This document shows, piece by piece, positions 56,313-61,454 of a stretch of 61,454 nt of DNA (positions are counted from its first letter, which is position 1; every line of letters begins with the position of its first letter). This stretch comes from Bigelowiella natans CCMP2755 (taxonomy: Eukaryota; Protista; Cercozoa), in assembly GCA_000320545.1 (NCBI GenBank), contig ADNK01002097.1:1-61454 (forward strand), written 5' to 3'. Below the pieces are notes generated by a model that saw nothing but the letters and a program-made list of their open reading frames with translations, did not search any database and was not told where the DNA came from. The position numbers and the translations under genes were made by a program.

Positions 56313-56592
56313 AGTGGTAGTAGTTGTAGCTTTAAATGATTGATTGATTATCTTCTTCGTGACCTCCTGATCTTGTTGCTGTTGTTGTCATCTTTAGGGT
56401 TAATGATTGTGGATCATATTCATTTTCAGTACGTACGTTAGTAGAGCTCACTAGAATATATGTTTGTGTGTATGAGAGATATAGATGACAATTCCAGCAA
56501 GGGATGGTGATAATGAAGATGAGTGGGTGGTGATAGTGATAATGAAGATGAGGATGGGTGATGATGATGATGATGATGATGTGCCAATATCG

Positions 56593-56624
<32 letters not shown>

Positions 56625-57531
56625 ACATATTTTCGTTGCATCACACACACACACACACACACACACACAACACACATGGGTAATATATGTGTCAATCATT
56701 CATTGTAACCCCCTCACCACTTAAATCTCAAATAATATTTCAAACATTATTATTAGAGAATTTTGCTTTTTTGAGAGAGAGAATTTTTATTGGTGTTGCA
56801 TTATTTCTTACTCATTTTGTGTACTACTACTACTACTACTACTACTACTTACTTCTAAAATTCTTATGATAGTAGTAGGAGAGCTACACCTCATGGACTA
56901 CTACTATAGATATACCTAGCTTATATTAGTAGCGGTAGGAGTAATGGTGGTGGTGATTACGTACTTGATAATAGATACAACGGGTTCCTGATGGGTATTT
57001 TCATATTCTCAATCGCTCATATAAGAGCAGGCAACGACTTGATTGGAGGTACTACTACTAGTAGTAGGGTGATAGAAACACCAAGGAAAGAATCAAAGAG
57101 AAGAGGAGAAGAAGGACCTGGAAGAGGAGGGGGCAGTTGATCATCTATTGCACAATGATGCTGGTTGTCGCGTGGTGATGAGATTGGTTTCAGCAATATC
57201 ATTAATATCATCACAGAGAAGCACACCCGTGACTACTATTATCTTATTCATCCATCAAATAGGAATTCTGTTTGCTGTGTTGCTCAACTTCAAACACATC
57301 TTCTTGTGCGTACCTACTGAATGCTATTGCTGCTCCGATGATATGTGCATTCGAAAGATGCGGCAAACATCTTCATTAGCCACGAAACCATTTGATGATG
57401 ATGATGATCATGATCATGATCATCATCACGAAACCATAGAAGAAGAAAATGAAGAAGAAGAAAATGAAGAAGAAGAAGAGAAAGGAGGGAGGATAAGAGA
57501 TCACCTAGCGGATGTTGTCCTCGTCGTTGTT

Positions 57532-57567
<36 letters not shown>

Positions 57568-58458
57568 TCCTTATTCTTCTTTTTGTTGTTATTGTATACT
57601 TCCTTGGTTTGTTCGTGCTCCTACTATTCACCTACTACTACTACCTACTTGCTGACGCACTTGAACAACATCGCAGATATGTTGCTCCGTTGTATTTCAT
57701 CCACCTTTTTCGCCGATATTGCATGGGAGTAGTAGTAGTAGTAGGAACTACTACTACTACTACTACAACTGCTGTCATTAAAGAAAGAGGAGGAAGAGGA
57801 AGCTTCCCTCTTACATCCTTGTATCCTCCCCCCCCCCATCGGTTTCGCATTGATCTGTCGTCATATTGGAGCATAGACATAGGGAACTTAGCAGTGCTTG
57901 GAACTGGCGTCGTTGCTGTATTTGCAGCCTCTTTTGGGCCTTTCCTGTGAGTAGTAGTAGTTGGAAGAAGAAGAAGAAGAAGAAGAAGAAGAAGAAGAAA
58001 GCTTCATACACCTATTAATCATTATCCCCACTCACAAACATTAGGTTCTGCCGTGGGAATGGCTCCATCGATTTAGAGCAAATATTTCAGATATTTCGCC
58101 GAATGTTTCCTTTTGAAGGGCGCGGACTTTGCCACGCGTATTGGGCCCCTAACATTTGGGCGCTGTACAACACGTGTGATAAGGCTATGGAGGTTGTTAT
58201 GAAGAGAATTCCCCCAAATCTCCTTGGTTCTTATGGACAAAGCATGATGATGATGATGATGAAGATGAAGGAAGGAGAAGCCTCAAACACTACTAAAGGA
58301 CTTGTGGAGGTAAAGAAGAGACTTTATTACGAGAACTATACAACAAAAACAACAACACATTACCTGTGAATGAATGCGTGCTTCCTTCCTTCCTTCTCCC
58401 CCTCCTCCTCCTCCTCCTCCTCCTCTTCGTGGTACTCATTATGATCATTACCATCATC

Positions 58459-58494
<36 letters not shown>

Positions 58495-58577
58495 GGCTTT
58501 CGTTCATTCGGTTCTACCTAAAGTGGACCCTAAACACACTGTTATTCTTACTCTCCTTGCAATGGTAATTCAAGTTA

Positions 58578-58611
<34 letters not shown>

Positions 58612-58877
58612 GATACTACTCAGTAGTAGTAGTAGCAGTAGTTGTTGTTGATGATGTGGTAGGAGCAGCAACAGTAGTAGTAGTAGTAGTAGTAACAGTA
58701 ATAGTAGTAGTAGCTGACTTTGGATATTATGAAGGAAGAACAAAACAGCTATAGTCGTAGAAAGATGAAGGAGAATGTTGTTATATTGATGATGAGTTTA
58801 TGAGTTGATAGATGATGATGATGATGATGTAACAGTCACCAGTACTTGCACGCACGTGGACGAGACCGGATCCAAGG

Positions 58878-58908
<31 letters not shown>

Positions 58909-59199
58909 TGATGATAATGACGACGATTTCTACCATGCAGAGCGGTGCCAAGCGACATAGTAGTGTTATTATCATAAGGATAGTGCAATCAACAATAATA
59001 CACACAATATAAATATATATATTATAATCACCAAGCACCATTTCTCATGATGGAGCTAGGTGATGACGATGATGATGACGATGATGATGATGAGGAGGAG
59101 GAGGAGGAGGAGGAGAAGGATCACATCATTGCAAAGAATGATAAGAGTACACATGATCATAGGAGGATCACATCATTACAGAATCATAAGAGTAGTACA

Positions 59200-59235
<36 letters not shown>

Positions 59236-59930
59236 TGATGTGGTTGTCGTGGTGTCTGTTGTTGGCCAATAGGAATTTTGCCTTCAGCACTGGTGTATGT
59301 GCGTTGGTGGCCTTTCTCTTTGGATGGCACGTACATGAAAAGGCTATTCTTCTCGCCACCCTCCCTCTTGCCCTCTCTCTCATCGACGTAGTTGTAGATG
59401 ATGATGATGACGATGATGATGCAAGTTATAATTGTAATAATGATGATGAAAAGACGAAGAGGTCCACACCAACAAAGACGAGGATGGATGGCGCCACAAC
59501 AACAACAACAACAAGAAGAAGAAAGGAGCTGGAAATCCATGCGTTTTGGTTGCTCAATATAGCGGGAAATGCGTCGCTACTCCCCTTAATTCACACTCCT
59601 TTCGAGTTTCCGATAAAGATTGGTATGCTTGTAGCTCATACTCTAGTGCTGCAAGTCATGTTAGAAGGAATGGGTGCTGCCTGGAAGAAGCCGAAGAATA
59701 AAAACAAGCAGCAGCAGCAGCAAGGGTCTTCTAAATACTCTTTAAGTTTCTCCCTAAGTTGGTGGGAGCTGCTCTATGGTTTGGGGCTGGTAGGAGTACA
59801 GTTATTCCAGTCAGTGATTCATCCAATATTTTTCGCTCATCTGGCCTTTCTCCCGTTGCTTCTTTGGTCCACATATTGTGCTTTCGGAATAGTTACAGCA
59901 GCAGTGTTGTACTACTTTTGTTTATTGTAG
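54276..59930 (+). CDS. ALG8: Dol-P-Glc:Glc1Man9GlcNAc2-PP-Dol alpha-1,3-glucosyltransferase ALG8, multi-exon
   Basis: [108 protein letters not shown]. Confidence 0.95.
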
Positions 59931-60252
59931 TTAATAATGGAAAGGATGATTAGATGTTAATAGAGCATCATCGATCATTTTGTCCGCGTTAGCAATAATT
60001 TCGTGGCATCGGTGAGGAGAGATCACCGTCCCGTCGTTATCTTATTACTTCATCCAGTACGTAGTATCGCTGCATGTTGTTTTCGAAGACTCAATTCATG
60101 TATGCGCGCTCGTGAGTAGGTTTGCGTGCTATGTATACGCTGTGGCTGCCGTATGACTAGACACGTCTGCTACAAGTCGTCATCACTGAATAACATCTAT
60201 ACATGAATTGCGTGCAGCCGCGTCGTGCGGCTTGCGGTATATCCAAATATAT

Positions 60253-61418
60253 GAGACGGAAGTAATGAAATGGATAAATATTTCCAATATGATCGTCCTA
60301 ATGTAGCTGTTCAAGGCAGCGGTTACAGCACTCATGTTGTGCCTGGATATATGTATATACATATATGTATATGTATATATACATATTTCAAACGGCCTAG
60401 TAACCGCTACGCTAGCTTCTTCTCCTCGTGCACATGCGCAACGCGAAGACCTACGCTACGCGCAGCAAAACTAAGCTTTCTGACGATGACGAAAACCCCA
60501 CAGAAGTGACAACAAAGGAAGGAAACGCATGTTCAATTTATGACTTCGATTCAAACCTTCAAGATGAAGACACCATTGACAAAGGTGAGGACAGGAAGGA
60601 CTTTGACTTCTCTCAATGCATCCGCAAAGCACTCGCAAATGCCACATCTGACATGAAGAACCAAAGTCGGGAAAAAAGAGTAAACGTGGAAAAATTCAAC
60701 AGAATTCTCTCCACTGTTTTGGAAAAAATTATGGATGACCAAAAAACAATCATCGCGGAAAACATCTTGCTGAAATCCAGACTGACCAAGGTTGAACAAG
60801 AGCTCACAACGCTCAAAAGGAACCAAAACCCCCGAGGTTTACGGCAACCAGGCACCCCATCCCCGCAACAAGACGAAAACTCCTACGCAACAATTGTTAG
60901 ATGCTGTAACGATGAAACGGTGAAGTCCAAGCAAGGACCCTCAACACCCCCAAGGCAGACAAGAAGGGAAACCTCACAAGGACAATGGCAGACCCCCAAG
61001 AAACAGATGAGAAAGAAAAAGAAATGCAACCAGAAATGCAAACAGAACGTGGCCATCTTGGAACTTGACGCGAACATGATGATCTCAGAGGGGTCCGCAG
61101 AACGCCAAGCTGCTACACCAAGCAACCAGCGCACCGAGGAAAAATTGGCAACATTAACCCCCGATGAAAAGGCAAAACAAACAACAAGAGATCATGGATC
61201 GCAATGATGAGACCACGCGTCTCACAACCGCAGAGCAAACAAGTCGAGAAGCTGTGCGCAAAGCGCGCCATGCTAGACCAAAACAGGATGCATTTTCATG
61301 CATGCGCCATGTGACCAAGGAAACAAACAGACACAATTTAAGCGCTGTAGCCGCTGCATTGCACAGCTACATTAGGATGACCATTGAAACAATTCAAACA
61401 TTTCATTACATCCGTCTC
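60253..61418. mobile_element. Non-autonomous TIR element (~1.17 kb, ~90-bp imperfect TIRs, GAGACGG termini) in an (AT)n context; MULE-like
   Basis: Left end gagacggaagtaatgaaatgg...tcctaatgtagctgttcaaggcagcggttacagc versus the reverse complement of the right end gagacggatgtaatgaaatgt...tcctaatgtagctgtgcaatgcagcggctacagc. Flanks are tatat and atacat. Confidence 0.8.
60428..61207 (+). pseudogene. LINE ORF1-like fragment inside the TIR element
   Basis: A-rich intronless ORF with coiled coil ENILLKSRLTKVEQELTTLK, SYATIV and WQTPKKQMRKKKK. This motif order is common in non-LTR ORF1 proteins. No transposase motifs seen. Confidence 0.4.
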
Positions 61419-61434
61419 ATACATGTACATACAT

Positions 61435-61454
61435 GAGACGGATGTGATGAAATA
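61435..61454 (+). mobile_element. Start of another copy of the GAGACGG TIR element (runs off the window)
   Basis: gagacggatgtgatgaaata, 16 nt after the previous element's right TIR. Confidence 0.75.

Noticed and set aside
60428-61207. Internal ORF as the transposase of the TIR element
   Set aside because: No DDE, zinc-finger or HTH motifs visible; it looks like a truncated ORF1-type cargo.

Overview
Intron-rich eukaryotic nuclear DNA, most likely a rhizarian and probably a chlorarachniophyte alga (CDPK with a GQPGQFG G-loop, plus a thylakoid-lumen-type FKBP; inference). About 14 genes lie in largely alternating orientation: FKBP, U1-C, CDPK, METTL13/EEF1AKMT4-like methyltransferase, F-box/C2H2 protein, NFD4/MCH1-type MFS transporter, family A DNA polymerase (theta/nu-like, no helicase seen), 2-isopropylmalate synthase, QWRF/HAUS8-like protein, STT3, an intronless glycosyltransferase-like gene, RPAC2/AC19, ALG8 and an unknown gene. 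Many introns are swollen with microsatellites, so most short ORFs in the track are spurious. The main discovery is in the spacers. Nearly every gene 3' end, usually a convergent tail-to-tail spacer, holds a 0.7-1.5 kb island of mutated DNA, in several cases recognisably transposon-derived. The divergent spacers do not. The islands show two signatures. (1) Directional loss of TpA by TA->TG/CA (A:T->G:C): no TA in about 840 bp at 34302-35144, Tyr->Cys/His in a Gypsy integrase GPY/F motif, TA->TG/CA differences between copies of one TIR, and (AT)n tracts converted next to element ends. (2) Short palindromic or templated micro-insertions (CTAG, CATG, GATC runs). Together these suggest a 'reverse-RIP'-like genome-defence or chromatin-mark-driven mutator. 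All counts are manual and all family calls come from motif recognition, not database searches.
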